The notes below the pieces were generated by a model that was given only the letters and a program-made list of their open reading frames with translations, did not search any database and was not told the origin of the DNA. Made by a program: the position numbers and the translations under genes. A stretch of DNA of 64,000 nucleotides from Squalus acanthias (taxonomy: Eukaryota), in contig CM059432.1 in NCBI GenBank assembly GCA_030390025.1, positions 103,728,001 to 103,792,000 on the forward strand, given 5' to 3'. Below, piece after piece: positions 37,104 through 52,000 of this stretch (position 1 is the stretch's first letter; every line of letters begins with the position of its first letter).

Positions 37104-38247
37104 TGTGAAGGAATAAGCCATATAACCTATTCAGAAAAATACACTATCTTATGAAAGAATTCTGGCCTGACAAACTGGGTTTGGAAATTTAGAAACCTAA
37201 CTATGAAATAGCTATGAAAGAATTCTGGCTATTGAGATAAGACCGTTGTTGACCCTGAATAAATAACCTTATTGAAACAGAAGGTGCATGGCTCCGACAG
37301 GCTGACTTTTAGGAACAAAAACAATGGTTCACCCTGGATAAGGTGTTTTAATTTAAACTTCGTAAAGATGGCACATAAGAATTGGAACATCTGCCCTCGT
37401 AAAGATGACATAAAATAAGGAACACCTGCCTGTCACACCGTTTTATATGGTTAACCCAGAACACCCGGAGAAAGACAAGATTCTGGAATATTACAAGCTG
37501 ATGTAGCAGTAAGAATTGCAGAGGTCGGCAGAAAGCTGAATAGGGGTAATTGACTTGCATCAGCAGAAACTTTAAAGGAAATACCACTGAAAAAGGGTAT
37601 AAATATTGAAGTCTCAAATGGGATATCAGACTCGCTTTAATCGGGCAAAGCGATTCTTGACTACAGAAGCAGCTCTGTGGTCTCCAACTGTTTGTACCTC
37701 GGGGATCAAAGGTATTTGATATTGATGGATATCCTGTATAGAAAACTTTAAGAACTGTAATACTGTAGCAAAGTTAAGATTTAAAAGTAAGATTCTCTGT
37801 TAATAATAAGACAGCATTTTTTCTCTTTTTAGAACTGTTAACATTGCGATTGACTGATTCACCAACTGTAAGTTACATGTCGGTTCTTTTAATAAATCTC
37901 TATATATTTTTAGAATTGTCTCACATAAGTCTTCTGTATCAATAACTCGCAAACTCAATCTCTGTACACTCTTTGGTGAAGAGTTACAGAATTCTGAAGG
38001 AGTTCTCCGGACCCTCATAATATCCGGGACGTTACAGTCTAGCTAAACTTATTATAAGCGCTATCTGGAGGACGGTAACATTCTCGGGTTGTTCCTTTCC
38101 TTTAGGGAGAGATAGCCCGGACCTTTAGACCCAATTAAGCGTCTTTAGGATTCGGCTACCTCAAACTTTAGTTGAAAGTGAACATCTGAGAAATATGCCT
38201 GATCCGGGATAGCCCCAAAGGGGCTAGGACTAGTAAATACCCCTGTA
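37104..38247 (+). mobile_element. Probable ~1.1-kb solo LTR
   Basis: Starts TGTGAAGG, ends ...CTGTA; ATAC flanks both sides (37100-37103, 38248-38251); U3-like direct repeats TATGAAAGAATTCTGGC x2; TATAAATA near 37598; AATAAA near 37891. Confidence 0.65.
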
Positions 38248-38959
38248 ATACAGCAAAGGTGGGTTGCTTGGTGGGTAAAAATATCACAAAATGCCATTCA
38301 GATCAACAAGGTTCCAGGGTCAACCTCTGATCTGCACTAAATTAGCATATCTCAAATAGGAGCATGCTAGAGTTACTACAAATGATTTTGGTGGCATCAG
38401 GTGACGGAGCAAAGATTTCAGCCATAATTTTCACTTCTGATTGTTTGACAGTGGCTCTTACTTCATATATAAGCTGAGAAAACTGCCCAGTTTCAAGCAG
38501 CATTTCAAGTTAAAATGGGCAGAGAGTCCCTCTGCCAAAACTCCATCTCTAACAATGGCTGCCATGATTTCTCTCCAATGACCTAGTTATGACCCTGATC
38601 TGTCCACAAGCAGCACGCCCTGCTGGTTTTAAACTAATTTGCGGGGCCATGGCCATGTGCCCTCCTCTCCCCACCCCACTCCCGCACCCCCATAAGAGAT
38701 TTCCCTGTATTTCAGCCCACTTAACACCACTACAAATCACCATCACTATAAAGGTGGTAGTGCTCAGCTTGCACAGTGCCCCACAGACAGGAAGTGATTG
38801 GGAAAGTGAAAGGTCCAATTCCATAATATTGTTTTGGCTGAGAGTCACTTCCATTACTTTGAAGTTGCAGTTTCTGAGCGTTTAAAGGTACTTGTGAAAG
38901 TTGCTGAGACTTTAAACAGAGTCTGTGCATAGTGAAGTAATTATATCTCTTTTCCATTG

Positions 38960-39900
38960 TTCCGTGTTTTAAGGAGAAGGAAGAGGATATAGAGGACGAA
39001 AGGATGGAAGTCAGGAGATCATCTTGCATCTAAGCAACACTTGACCAACAGGTATCCACATCACAGGGCGTACACACCGTGGAGCACAGATCTGAAATTT
39101 TCCTATAGGCAGTATCTGAGAGGCTTTGTTTTGTCCCTGACACTGTGATAGAGATATACCAGCTGTTGGAACCTGATTGTGGCTTTTTTCCACCAGAGCA
39201 TTGCCTTGTCTGTGGCTGTGAGCATGACAACAGTACTTAACATTTATGCATCCAAGCAGCCTCTGATGACATTAGTCACATCATGTGTCAGCAATTCATC
39301 ACTGCATTAGGCAGGTCACGCATACCCTGTTCAGGCACATCTCTGAGTTCATGTGGCTATAAAGACCATGTCTGAATGTCCTATCAACTTTATCAACAGG
39401 AATAATGCTAGCCACTTCATTATGTATGTCAATGCACGTTATCTGGGGAGTAGCCATGATTGGTTTATTCTTAGGCAAGCTAGGATACTTGTACTGCTCA
39501 GCCAGAACAATGTGACAGGTAGGCTGATAGGAGATAAGGGGAACCTATTTCAAACTTGGCTGATGACACCAATTTCGCATCGAAGGACAGAGGCCGAAAA
39601 CAGGTTCAACAAGGCTTTGACTGCTACCAGGATCCTTAAAGAATAGACCATCGGAATTTGCAAATCCCATTTCTGATGTTTGGATGGGTCAAGGAGAGCC
39701 CTGCAGTAAGGGTTTCCAGAATTGTAGTGACTTCCTGCATGCCCATAATTTGGTGTATCACAAAAAATGAAGAAGAAGATATTGGAGATCAACCTCTATT
39801 CACGATGACATTGCCCAGGAGAGAGAGAGGAGGTGGACCCAGACACCCTGCTGCCAGTAGTACATGCCATCAGGCAGCACACCATTAACAACTTCTTCCA
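38960..39900 (+). mobile_element. Degenerate Harbinger transposase
   Basis: ORF 39353-39646: YVNARYLGSSHDWFIL, RLIGDKGN, WLMTP, ENRFNKAL. Confidence 0.8.
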
Positions 39901-39996
39901 ATAAAGAGGGTGCCCTCTATCTGAATGACAAAATAAAACCCTTCATGATCTCTTGCCTTGTTTTCAGACAACTATTTAGCTAAACCGTAATACAAT

Positions 39997-40720
39997 GGGG
40001 GAGAAATTCATTATCGCCCTGTTTGGGGGCGGTAACTTTTGAAAGGTGGGAAACTTAGCACCAGGTGCTAATGATTCTGAGCTTTCACAAAATTGGGTTT
40101 TGCGCTCCACGAAGGAAGTGGAGAGCTAAATCAAGCACTCCACTTCCTTCCTGGAGCACTAAAGCACGCAGGCGGGGCAATAGTTGTGCAGCGCTGCACA
40201 ATGTCCCGTGCAGCGCTGCCGTGATCTGAGGCTCCTTCCCTCCATTAAAGGAAAGGGCCATCGCTGCAGGCTCTGCATTGGGACCAGTTAGCTGGTCCCT
40301 GACGGCAGCCGCGATCTGGCCCGATCAGCCCCACGCGCTCCAGCAGAGTGCCGGGCTGATCGATCACGGCCCAGGAGAAGTTAAAAAAATGCAACAAAAA
40401 CATTTCAGAAATTTAGGTACTTACCTTGGCAACCTCCCCTTTAACTTTTGCCCCCGAAGCGCCCAGCCTCCCAATCAATGGCTCCTGCAGCTGTCAGTGT
40501 TGTCGCCCAGCGATGCTACAGGGGGCGGTACCGAAGTTCATGTCCGGGGCACTACTGGGGCGATGCGCACGGCAATGATGTCACGATCTCCGGGTGAAGG
40601 AGATTGTGGCGCGAAGTCTTATCATCGCCGCAAACCTCTCACCGAAGTTCGCGAGAGTCGTTCATCTCGCCGCTCCGGAGGCAATAACGGGAGGCGCTAA
40701 GGAGGCTAATTTCTAGCCCC
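39997..40720. mobile_element. Harbinger-type MITE
   Basis: TIRs GGGGGAGAAATT and GGGGCTAGAAATT; CpG-rich interior. Confidence 0.7.
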
Positions 40721-41084
40721 TTGAATATATACTCTGGGAGAGGAAAGTTACAAACATTAATCACCATATAAGAATGAATAACATGAGGCTCCATGGACAA
40801 ACACACCATAATACCAGAAGTGTACATGTTTATTACCATCTTGCATCTTCATTGAGCCCTACTACAATGCAACTTCTTATCACTGTGACTACTCCTTATG
40901 CCTAAAGTTCTTTTTACTTGTGACCCATACCTTTTACTTCTACGCAAGTCTCAATGTCAGAACAATGTGAGGTTTGTGGCTGGGACTGTAGCAATAGAGC
41001 CATCGAGGGCTGAGGTCACAATTGTCTCAGTTAAGTTGATATCCTTGAAGGACCTGATCTAGTATTGTGTCAATTGCACACTCA

Positions 41085-42795
41085 GGGCTGAATTTTGCCG
41101 GTGCTCAGAGTGCGGGTTCCGAGGCGGGTCTGCTGTCAAAATGGCATTGATTGACAGCGGGACAGAAGTCTGCTCTGAACCCACTTCCTTGTTAATTTCC
41201 CAAGTGCCAGCTCTGCCTGCGGGCCAGGCAATTGAGATACTTAAGAAGCTGCTTAAAGGTATTAAGGTAGCATTTTACCAGGTCCTAACGATTTTTCCAT
41301 GTTTTTTTACAAGGTTCCCGGCGCTCAGGTATTACGTCAGGTAAGTGTGTCGAGTTCTGAGTGACTCTGCATTGCTGTGAATAGTTCACAGTTGCAAAAG
41401 TGGTATAAAAGCTATCATTTCACAGATTTTAAATTTCCAATCTTAGAGGCTGGTGCCTTCAGGATTTGGAATACACTTTTCAGCTTTTTGCAGGTTTGAA
41501 GTGTTTGGAGCAAACTTTCTATCCAGTGTCACCTCATTGGAACAACCTCTCTCACCTTTGGCAGATCGCTTCTGTCATTGCAACTTCACCTGCCATCTAT
41601 TTCATCAGCATCGGCGCCCTTGAAAAAATCTCACCTTGGTCCTCGAAATCCCACCACGATCAGCCCCAACACCAGCATCACCAGGCACACCAGCAGCACT
41701 AACAACAGCACCAACCTTCTCCGCAATCAGCTGATGCTGCACAGGACACAGGGCATCAGCACTCGACAACATTGCTGCCCGGGAGGCTAGCGATGGCATC
41801 ACCATGGCCAGATTTACTTCAGTTGATGCTGTACACCCTGGCTGCCACATGATGCACCAGGTTGGCACCACCCCACACCAACACCATAAAGCATCCCTAC
41901 AATGCCCAAGCCATTCCTTTCACACTCATCATCATTGAGGGGGTGGGTACCCTTATGTCTCACCATTCATTGCAACTCACTAAGCCACTTCCAAAGGTGC
42001 ACACGGATCTGTCCAAGAAGGCAAAGTGTTGAAAATAAAGATTTCAATGTTTGACAACACATTAACAGAAACTTTACATGAACATTGGCGATAACACCCA
42101 AGTGCCTACCCTTGTGTGTTGTTAGTTGGTATGATTGCACTAGGATGAGGGTGAGTGTGAGGGGTGGCTAGTGAGATGGGGATGTGATAATGTAGATAAG
42201 GAGGGATGGATGGAGGTGTAAGGTAAGTTGGTGCAGGAGTAGGGTAGGGAAGGCAGAGTGATGGGGTGTCACAGCAGGATGAGGCTGAGTGTAGCTTTGT
42301 ACTAACATTTTGTGATCTACTGAGATCATTGAAAGGTTTGTGCCACTGCAGCCTGGTCCTCCTGACAACATCCCTGCTTGTGCCCTCCTGTGCAATGTGC
42401 AACCAGGCTGCGTTGGTCTCCTGGGGAGGTCTCTTCCGCCCATGGGAAGGGAAGAGGACCTCCCTGTGTGCTGTGACTCCCTCCATAAGCATATGGAGGG
42501 AGTAATGGGAGAGCCTGGGTGCAGCCGTCCACCTTTGTGCAGTGCTTGTCAGCGTTTACAGCACCTCAATGCTGCAGAACACTGACAGCAGAACTGTCAA
42601 AATGATTGTGGACATGGTCATCAAATGACATCATCAGACCCGCTCCGATTAATTGGCCGAGAACCTCGCAGGGTGGGCTTAACAAGCCCCATCAATGGAA
42701 AATCTTGTTGGAGGCTGGGATCGAGACAGATGCAGGATCTCCACATGCCACGGACGTCGCCCGTCCCGGACCTGCCGAGGTTGGAAAACCAGCCC
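41085..42795 (-). mobile_element. Non-autonomous Harbinger with Myb/SANT-like remnant
   Basis: TIRs GGGCTGAATTTT and GGGCTGGTTTT, flanks TCA and TTA; ORF 42106-42492 LMEGVTAHREVLFP...AWLHIAQE...RTRLQWHKPFNDL. Confidence 0.78.
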
Positions 42796-43239
42796 TTAGT
42801 GCCTACTAGGCCCAGGCCAGCAGCTCCTATTCAACCTTCAACAGCTCTCTCTCTCTCTCTATGTTACTCCTCCATCTGTGGCCTCTGCTGTGCTTCTGGC
42901 CATTTCAGTTGCAGAAGCCTTTTAACTTTCTGCAGCCAACCTTGATTTTACTCCCAGTAGCGGGGACAGAGACAGGAGAGGGATTCTCACTGAAATCCTG
43001 CCATGCAGTTTAAATTAGGCCCCCCAAGCAAAATGTGTTTGGGTGTTAGCATAATCATGTGGGCGGATGGAAGTTCTTCCCTACCATTTTTACAATGAGC
43101 TCAGGAAAATCCAGCCCTAAGTGTTCAGGATTATTCTGGAGATGAAAAATGAGTGAAAATGGAGGTCAGGCTTAGCTGTAATAGCTGCCCCAACTGCACA
43201 GCCTGGTAACACTTACTCTTCAGGATCATATATGGAGAA

Positions 43240-44384
43240 AATGGATTTTCAAAAGGCATTCGATAAGGTGCCACATAAAAAGTTGTTACACAAGATGAGG
43301 GCTCATGGAGTTGGGGGTAATGTATTAGCATGGATCGAGGATTGGTTAACGAACAGAAAACAGAGAGTAGGGATAAACGGGTCATTTTCAGATTGGCAGG
43401 CCGTAACTAGTGGGGTGCTGCAAGGATCAGTGCTTGGGCCTCAACTATTTACAATCTATATCAATGACTTAGATGAAGGGACTGAGTGCAATGTATCCAA
43501 GTTTGTTGATGATACAAAGCTAGGTGGGAAAGTAAGCTGTGAGGAGGACACAAAAAGCCTGCAAAGGGATATAGACAGGTTAAGTGAGTGGGCAACAAGG
43601 TGGCAGATTGAGTATAATGTGGGGAAATGTGAAGTTATTCACTTTGGTAGGAAGAATAGGAAAACAAAATATTTTTTTAAATGGTGAGAAACTATTAAAT
43701 GTTGGCATTCAGAGAGATTTAGGTGTCCAAGTACAAGAAACACAAAAAGTTACCATGCAGGTACAGCAAGCAATTAGGAAGGCAAATGGCATATTGGTCT
43801 TTATTGCAAGAGGGTTGGAGTACAAAAGTAAGGAAGTCATGTTACAATTGTACAGGGCTTTGGTGAGTCCACACCTGGAGTACTGTGCACAGTTTTGGTC
43901 TCCTTATCTTAGGAAATATATACTTGTCTTAGAGGTGGTGCAACAAAGGTTCAGTAGATTGATTCCTGGGATCAGAGGGTTATCCTGTGAGGAGAGATTG
44001 AGTAGATTGGGCCCATACTCTCTGGAGTTTAGAAGAATGAGAGGTGATCTCATTGAAACATACACAATTCTGAGGGGGAGTCTCTGGCTGGAGAGTGGAG
44101 AACGAGGGGTCACAGTCTCAGGATAAGGGATGAGGTGAGGTAAGTCTGAGATGAGGAGGAATTTCTTCACTCAGAGGGTTGTGAATCTTTGGAATTCTCT
44201 GCCCCAAAGGACTGTGGATGCTCAGTCGTTGAGTATATTCAAGGCTGAGAGAGATAGATTTTTGGACTCTAGAGGAATCAAAGGATATGGGGATAGGGCA
44301 GGAAAGTGGAGTTGAGGTCGAAGATCAGCCATGATCTGGGTGTATGGCCTACTCCTGCTCCAAATTCTTTTGATCTTATGTTCT
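43240..44384 (+). mobile_element. 5'-truncated CR1
   Basis: ORFs 43232-43687 and 43584-44126; CR1 tail. Confidence 0.93.
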
Positions 44385-44514
44385 AATATAATTTAGGTGA
44401 GGTACTGGAAACCATTGTTGCCTAAGGAACTGTATCCTCACATGACAGGTATGTTCAGGAGGGAGGAGTATAGGTAAATAGTGGGGAGCTGGGATGATGG
44501 ACTTTTAACAGGGA

Positions 44515-45850
44515 TAAAAACATAGGAATATACAGGACCAGAAAAGACCACTTCAGGCCAACTCCAGAGTTCAAAAACAGATCAGTACCTATATCCCTCA
44601 ATTGATTTTCTCACCAACTCCCTACTGCCTCTAAAAATTACTGATGTTATCAGCCTCGACCACTTCCCTGGGCAGTCCATTCCAAGCATTCACCATCCTC
44701 TGTGTGAAATAGTTATATCTGGTCTCTCCATTCACCTACCTTCTTCTGAATTTCATCCTAAGGCCCCTTATTGTCATTCTCAGAGCCATCTCAGAGTTTC
44801 TTAGGGCTCAACTTGTTGATACCCTTAAGGATCTTGAATACCTCAATAAGATGCTTTATCAGTCTCTTCTATGCTGTAAACAAACTGAGTTTCTGTAATG
44901 TCTCCTTGTAGCTCAGATGTCTGATACCAGGTATCAGCTGAGTAGCCCTTTGCTGCATCTTTTCTATTTACATAATGTTCTTCCTGCAATATAACGACCA
45001 GAACTGCACACAGCCTTTCAGATGAAGACAAACTAATATCCTGTATAGGCTCAGTATCACATCCTGTGATGTGTTCAATCCCATGCACTATACAACTCAA
45101 CATCTTATTTACTGCTGCCACGGGCTGTACAAATAGTTACAATGATATGTTTGCCAATAACCCGAATCCCTTTTCTGAGTCGTATTCTGCAGAGTAACAC
45201 CATTTAATTTCTAGTTCCAATGTTTATTCTTCGTCCCTATTTTCATTGTTTTGCGTTTATCCACATTGAATTTAATTTGCTATTCCTCAGCTAACTTTGC
45301 AATCTATCTAGATCCCTCTGCACCGGATCAGCCTATCCTTGATGGTTTGCAAACCCCACCTTGGTGTCATCAGCAAATTTACCCATTTCAAAATCATTGA
45401 TATACAATATGAATGTAAAAGGTCCCAGCACTGATCCTTGAGGCATCATTTTGCACTGTTCCGATACAGTTCTATGCACAACCACCTTCTGCCTCTTTTG
45501 ATGCAGCCAGCATGCCAATCCACTTCAGCAACTGCCCACCCATTCCACACTTTTCAACCTTCTGGCAGGAATTCCTCTCTGGTACTGTTTCAAAAACCTT
45601 ACCAAAGTCCAGATAAACAATGTCCATGGAGTTCCCTTTATCCCAATGCCCCGCCACCTCCTCAAAGAATGCTAACAGATTTTTCAAGCATGATTCTTCC
45701 CCCCCTCATAGTGCTATGAAGACTTCATACTTCTCTAGGTGTGAGACAGACTTCTTCAGGATAGCCGGTAACATTTTACCTGTGACAGATGTCAGGCTAC
45801 TTGGCCTGCAATTTCCAGCATAGTTCTTTTACCCTATTTTAACGCTAGGC
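44515..45850 (-). mobile_element. Old, divergent CR1 fragment
   Basis: [33 protein letters not shown] with many disruptions. Confidence 0.82.
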
Positions 45851-46466
45851 GTTGGGTTCTCCAGATCAGCCACCGTAGCTTTGGCACAAGATCAGCGAAA
45901 ACCCTGGATAGATGCATAAATGTGAAATTCTCGACAAGGTAATATGGCCTAGAAATTCATTTGCCCCCTGAAAACGGGCGCGGGGATCACGATGCGTGAT
46001 CACCCTGCCCCGTTCAAAGGAATGCAGGCAGCACGCAAACTTCGTGGTGTCTGCCGATTAGCATGATTGCAGCGTTCAGCCCAGCACTGAACATGCTGCT
46101 GAGTGGCTAAAGGCGCAGCAGGGGGCCCAAGTTCGTGTGAGGCTAGCACCAATGAAAGCTAGCCTGCACTTCTTAAAGGCAATCTGCACCTCTTAAAGGG
46201 GAGGTGCATTCTGCCTGCAGCAGCTCATTGAACTGGCTAGGGAAGAAAGTGAGAGGAGAAAAAAAACAACAATTATGTCACAACAGGGGAGCGAGCGTGC
46301 ATCAAAGTTCTCAGATGCAGCCTTGGTGCAGGAGGTCAACTCGAGGAGAGAGGTGCTGTTTCCACAGGGGCCAGGAGACCCTCCAGGCTAATGTGTAAAG
46401 CCCAAGGGGAGAAGATAGCTGCTGTGGTGAATGTTTAGCCTCGAGGACCTGGATGCAGTGCAGGAA

Positions 46467-48888
46467 ACATAGAAACATAGAAGATAGGAGCAGGAGTAGG
46501 CCATTCGGCCCCTCGAGCCTGCTCCACCATTTAATGAGATCATGTCTGATCATCCAAATTCAGTACCCTGTCCCTGCTTTCTCCCCATATCCCTTGATCC
46601 CTTTAGCCTTAAGAAATATATCTAACTCCTTCTTGAATATATTTAATGAATTGGCCTCAACTGCCTTCTGTGGTAGAGAATTCTGGGTGAAGAAATTCCT
46701 TCTCATCTCAGTCCTAAATGGCTTACCCCTTATCCTTAGACTGTGACCCCTGGTTCTGGACTCCCCCACCATCGGGAACATCCTTCCAGCATCTAGTCTG
46801 TCTAGTCCTGTTAGAATTTTATAAGTTTCAATGAGATCCCCTCTCATTCTTCTAAGCTCTAGCAAATACAAGCCCAATCGTCCCAATCTCTCCTCATACG
46901 TCATTCCTGCCATCCCAGGTATCAGTCTGGTGAATTTTCGCTGCACTCCCTCCATGGCAAGAACATCCTTCCACAGATAAGGCAACCAAAACTGCACACA
47001 ATACTCAAGGTGTGGTCTCACCAAGGCCCTGTACAACTGCAGCAAGACATCCTTGCTCCTGTACTCGAATCCTCTCGCTATGAAGGCCAACATACCATTT
47101 GCCTTCTTAACCGCCTGCTGCACCTGCATGCTTACCTTCAACGACTGGTGCACAAGGACTCCCAGGTCTCGTTGCACTTCCCCTTTTCCCAATCTATTGC
47201 CATTCAGATAATAATCTGCCTTCCTGGTTTTGCTACCAAAGTGGATAACCTCGCATTTATCCACATTATACTGCATCTGTCATGCATCTGCCCAATCACC
47301 CAACTTGTCCAAATCATACTGGAGTTTCTCTGCATCCTCCTCACAACACATACGCCCACCCAGCTTTGTGTCATCTGCAAACTTGGAGATATTAGATCTA
47401 GTTCCCTCGTCTAGATCATTAATATATATTGTGAATAACTGGGGTCCTAGCACCGATCCCTGCGGTACCCCACTAGTCACTGCCTGCCACTCGGAAAAAG
47501 ACCCGTTTATTCCAACTCTTTGCTTCCTGTCTGCCAACCAGTTCTCTATCCAAGTCAGTACCTTACCCCCAATCCCATGTGCTTTAACTTTGCATGCTAA
47601 TCTCTTATGCGGGACCTTATCGAACGCCTTCTGAAAGTCCAAATACACCACATCCACTGGTTCTCCCTTATCTATTCTACCAGTTACATCCTCAAAAAAT
47701 TCCAGTAGATTAGTCAAGTATGATTTACCTTTTGTAAATCCATGTTGACTTTGTCCGATCCTGTCACTGTTTTCCAAGTGCTCTGCTATTACATCTTTTA
47801 TAATGGACTCTAGCATTTTCCCCACTACCGATGTCAGGCTTACCGGTCTATAATTCCCCGTTTTCTCTCTACCACCTTTTTTAAATAATGGGGTTACATT
47901 AGCTACCCTCCAATCCATGGGAACTGTTCCAGAGTCTATAGAATTTTGGAAGATGACCAGCAATGCATCTACTATTTCTAGGGCCACTTCCTTAAGTACC
48001 CTCGGATGTAGATTATCAGGCCTGGGGATTTATCGGCCTTCAATCCCGTCAATTTCCCTAACACCATTTCCCTACAAATACTGATTTCATTCAGTTCTTC
48101 CCTCTCATTAGTCCCTATGTTCCCCGACATCTCTGGGAGGTTATTTGTGTCCTCCTTTGTGAAGACAGAACCAAAGTATGTATTTAATTGGCCTGCCATT
48201 TCTTTGTTCCCCATTATAAATTCCCCTGATTCTGACTGCAAGGGACCTACGCTTGACTTCACCAATCTTTTTCTCTTCACATATCTATAGAAGCTTTTAC
48301 AGTCAGTTTTTATGTTCCCTGAAAGCTTACTCTCATAGTCTATTTTCCCCTTCTTAATTAATCCCTTTGTCCTCCTTTGCTGAATCCTAAACTGCTCCCA
48401 ATCCTCAGGTTTGCTGCTTTTTCTGGCCAATTTATATGTCCTCTCCTTCGATCTTAGGCTATTCCTAATTTCCCTTGTTAGCCACGGTTGAGTCACCTTT
48501 TTTGTTTTATTTTTATGCCAAATAGGGATGAACAAATTCTGTAGTTCATCCATGCGATCTTTAAATGTTTGCCATTGCCTATCCACCGTCAACCCTTGAA
48601 ATAACGTTCCCCAATCCATCCTAGCCAATTCGCGCCTCATACCATCGTAGTTTCCTTTATTTAAATTCAGGACCCGAGTCTCTGAGTCAACTACTTCACT
48701 CTCCATCTTAATGAAGAGTTCTATCATATTATGATCGCTCCTCCCCAAGGGGCCTCACACAACAAGATTGCTAATTAATCCTTTCTCATTACATAATAAC
48801 CAGTCTAAGATGGCCTGATCTCTAGTTGGTTCCTCAACATATTGGTCCAGGAAACCATCCTGTATACACTCTAGGAATTCCTCCTCCA
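46467..48888 (-). mobile_element. CR1 (tether and RT), 5'-truncated
   Basis: ORFs 47978-48748, 47280-47987, 46560-47276; TSD CAGGAA at 46461-46466 and 48889-48894. Confidence 0.95.
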
Positions 48889-49029
48889 CAGGAATAGGTT
48901 TAATGGCCTCACACGAGTGATCAAGGTCAGTGAATTAATCTTCTGATGCCATATCCCACCATTCACACCACTAGTCTCACACACTGTTCAATGCACCTCA
49001 CCCCCATCACTCACCTACTTACAATCTCT

Positions 49030-52000
49030 ACGAAACACGACTCAAAAGTGGATAAATCCCCAGGCCCGGATGAAATGTATCCCAGGCTGTTAAGCGAAGC
49101 AAAAGAGGAAATAACAGTGGCCCTGACCATCATTTTTCAATTCTCTTTGGCTTCAGTTGTGGTGCCGGAGAACTGGAGGACTGCTAATGTGGTACCCTTG
49201 TTTAAAAAGGGAGAAAAGGATAGACCGAGTAATTACAGGCCAGTCAGCCTAACTTCGGTGGTGGGAAAATTATTGGAAAGAATTCTGAAGGACAGGATAA
49301 ATCTTAATTTAGATAGACACGGATTAATCAAGGATAGTCAGCACGGATTTGTTAAGGGAAGGTCGTGTCTGACAAACTTGATTGAATTTTTTGAGGAGGT
49401 AACAAGGAGGGTAGATGAGGGTAGTGCTTTTGATGTAGTGTATATGGACTTTAGCAAGGCTTTTGATAAGGTTCCACATGGCAGACTGGTCACGAAGTTA
49501 AAAGCCCATGGGATCCAGGGCAAAGTGTCAAGTTGGATTCAAAACTGGCTCGGAGGCAGGAAGCAGAGGGTAATGGTTGATGGTTGTTTTTGTGACTGGA
49601 AGGCTGTTTCCAGTGAGGTTCCGCAGGGCTCAGTACTAGTTGCAACTCTGTTGGAAGAAGTATTAATCAGGAAATAGTTGGGGCATGTAATAAGGGAACA
49701 GCTATAATTATGGGGGATTTTAACTATCATATTAACTGGACAAATCAAATTCGGCAGGGCAGCCTTGAGGAAGAGTTTATTGAGTGTCTTAGGGATAGAT
49801 TTCTTGAGCAGTATGTAACTGATCCTACAAGGGGGCAAGCAACCTTGGACCTGGTACTGTGTAATGAGTCTGGATTAATTAATAATGTCCTAGTTAAGGA
49901 TCCCCTTGGAATGAGTGACCATAACATGGTTGAATTCCATATCCAATTAGAGGGTGAGAAGGTTGGTTCTCAAACCAGCATACTGAGCTTGAATAAAGGA
50001 GACTATGATGGCATGAGAGCAGAATTGATTAAAGTGGACTGGGAAAATAGATTAAAGGGTAAGACGGTACATGAGCAGTGGTGTTCATTCAAGGAGTTAT
50101 TTTACAACTTTCAAAATAAATATATTCCACTGAGGAAAAAAGGGTGTAAAAGAAATGACAGCCATCCATGGCTAAGTAAAGAAATTAAAGAAAGTATCCA
50201 ACTAAAAACAAGGACATATAAGGTAGCCAAAGTTAGTGGGAGGATAGAAGATTGGGAAGTCTTCAAAAGACAACAAAAAGTAACTAAAGGATTGATTAAG
50301 AAAGGGAAAATAGACTATGAAAATAAATTAGCAAAAAATATAAAAACAGATAGCAAGAGTTTCTATAGTTAAATAAAAAGAAAAACGGTGGTTAAGGCAA
50401 ACGTAGGTCCCTTAGAGGATGAGACCGGGAAATTAATGGTGGGAAACATGGAGATGGCAAAAATGCTGACAAATATTTTGTTTCAGTCTTTACGGTAGAG
50501 GACACTAAGAATATCCCAACACTGGACAAACAGGGGGCTCTAGTGGGGGAGGAGCTAAATACGATTAAAATCACTAAGGAATTGGTACTCAGTAAAATAA
50601 TGGGACTCAAGGCGGATAAATCCCCTGGACCTGATGGCTTACATCCTAGGGTCTTGAGGGAAGTGGCAGTAGGAATTGTGGATGCCTTGGTAATAATTTT
50701 CCAAAACTCCCTGAACTCAGCAAAGGTCCCGGCAGATTGGAAAACTGCTAATGTAACACCCTTATTTAAAAAGGGTTGTAGGCAGAAGGCTGGAAATTAT
50801 AGACCAGTTAGCCTAACATCTGTGGTGGGTAAAATTTTGGAGTCTATTATTAAGGAGACAGTAACGGAACATTTAGATAAACATAATTTAATAGGACAAA
50901 GTCAGCATGGCTTTATGAAGGGGAAGTCATGTCTGACAAATTTGCTCGAGTTCTTTGAGGACATAACGTACAGGGTGGATAAAGGGGAACCAGTGGATGT
51001 AGTGTATTTAGACTTCCAGAAGGCATTCGACAAGGTGCCACATAAAAGATTATTACTCAAGATAAAAAATCACTGGATTGGGGGTAATATTCTGGCATGG
51101 GTGGAGGATTGGTTATCTAACAGGAAGCAGAGAGTTGGGATAAATGGTTCATTCTCGGACTGGCAACCAGTAGCCAGTGGTGTTCCGCAGGGGTCGGTGC
51201 TGGGTCCCCAACTCTTTACAATCTATATTAACGATTTGGAGGAGGGGACCGAGTGTAACATATCAAAGTTTGCAGATGATACAAAGATGGGAGGGAAAGT
51301 AGAGAGTGAGGAGGACATAAAAAACCTACAGGGGGATATAGACAGGCTGGGTGAGTGGGCAGAGATTTGGCAGATGCAATACAATATTGGAAAATGTGAG
51401 GTTATGCACTTTGGCAGGAAAAATCAGAGAGCAAGTTATTATCTTAATGGCGAGAAACTGGAAAGTACTGCAGTACAAAGGGATCTGGGGGTCTTGGTGC
51501 AAGAAAATCAAAAAGTTAGTATGCAGGTGCAGCAGGTGATCAAGAAAGCCAATGGAATGTTGGCTTTTATTGCTAGGGGGATAGAATATAAAAACAGGGA
51601 GGTATTGCTGCAGTTGTATAGGGTATTGGTGAGACCGCACCTGGAGTACTGCATACAGTTTTGGTGTCCATACTTAAGAAGAGACATACTTGCTCTCGAG
51701 GCAGTACAAAGAAGGTTCACTCGGTTAATTCCGGGGATGAGGGGGTGGACATACGAGGAGAGGTTGAGTAGATTGGGACTCTACTCATTGGAGTTCAGAA
51801 GAATGAGAGGCGATCTTATTGAAACATATAAGATTGTGAAGGGGCTTGATCGGGTGGAGGCGGTAAGGATGTTCCCAAGGATGGGTGAAACTAGAACTAG
51901 GGGACATAATCTTAGAATAAGGGGCTGCTCTTTCAAAACTGAGATGAGGAGAAACTTCTTCACTCAGAGGGTAGTGGGTCTGTGGAATTTGCTACCCCAG

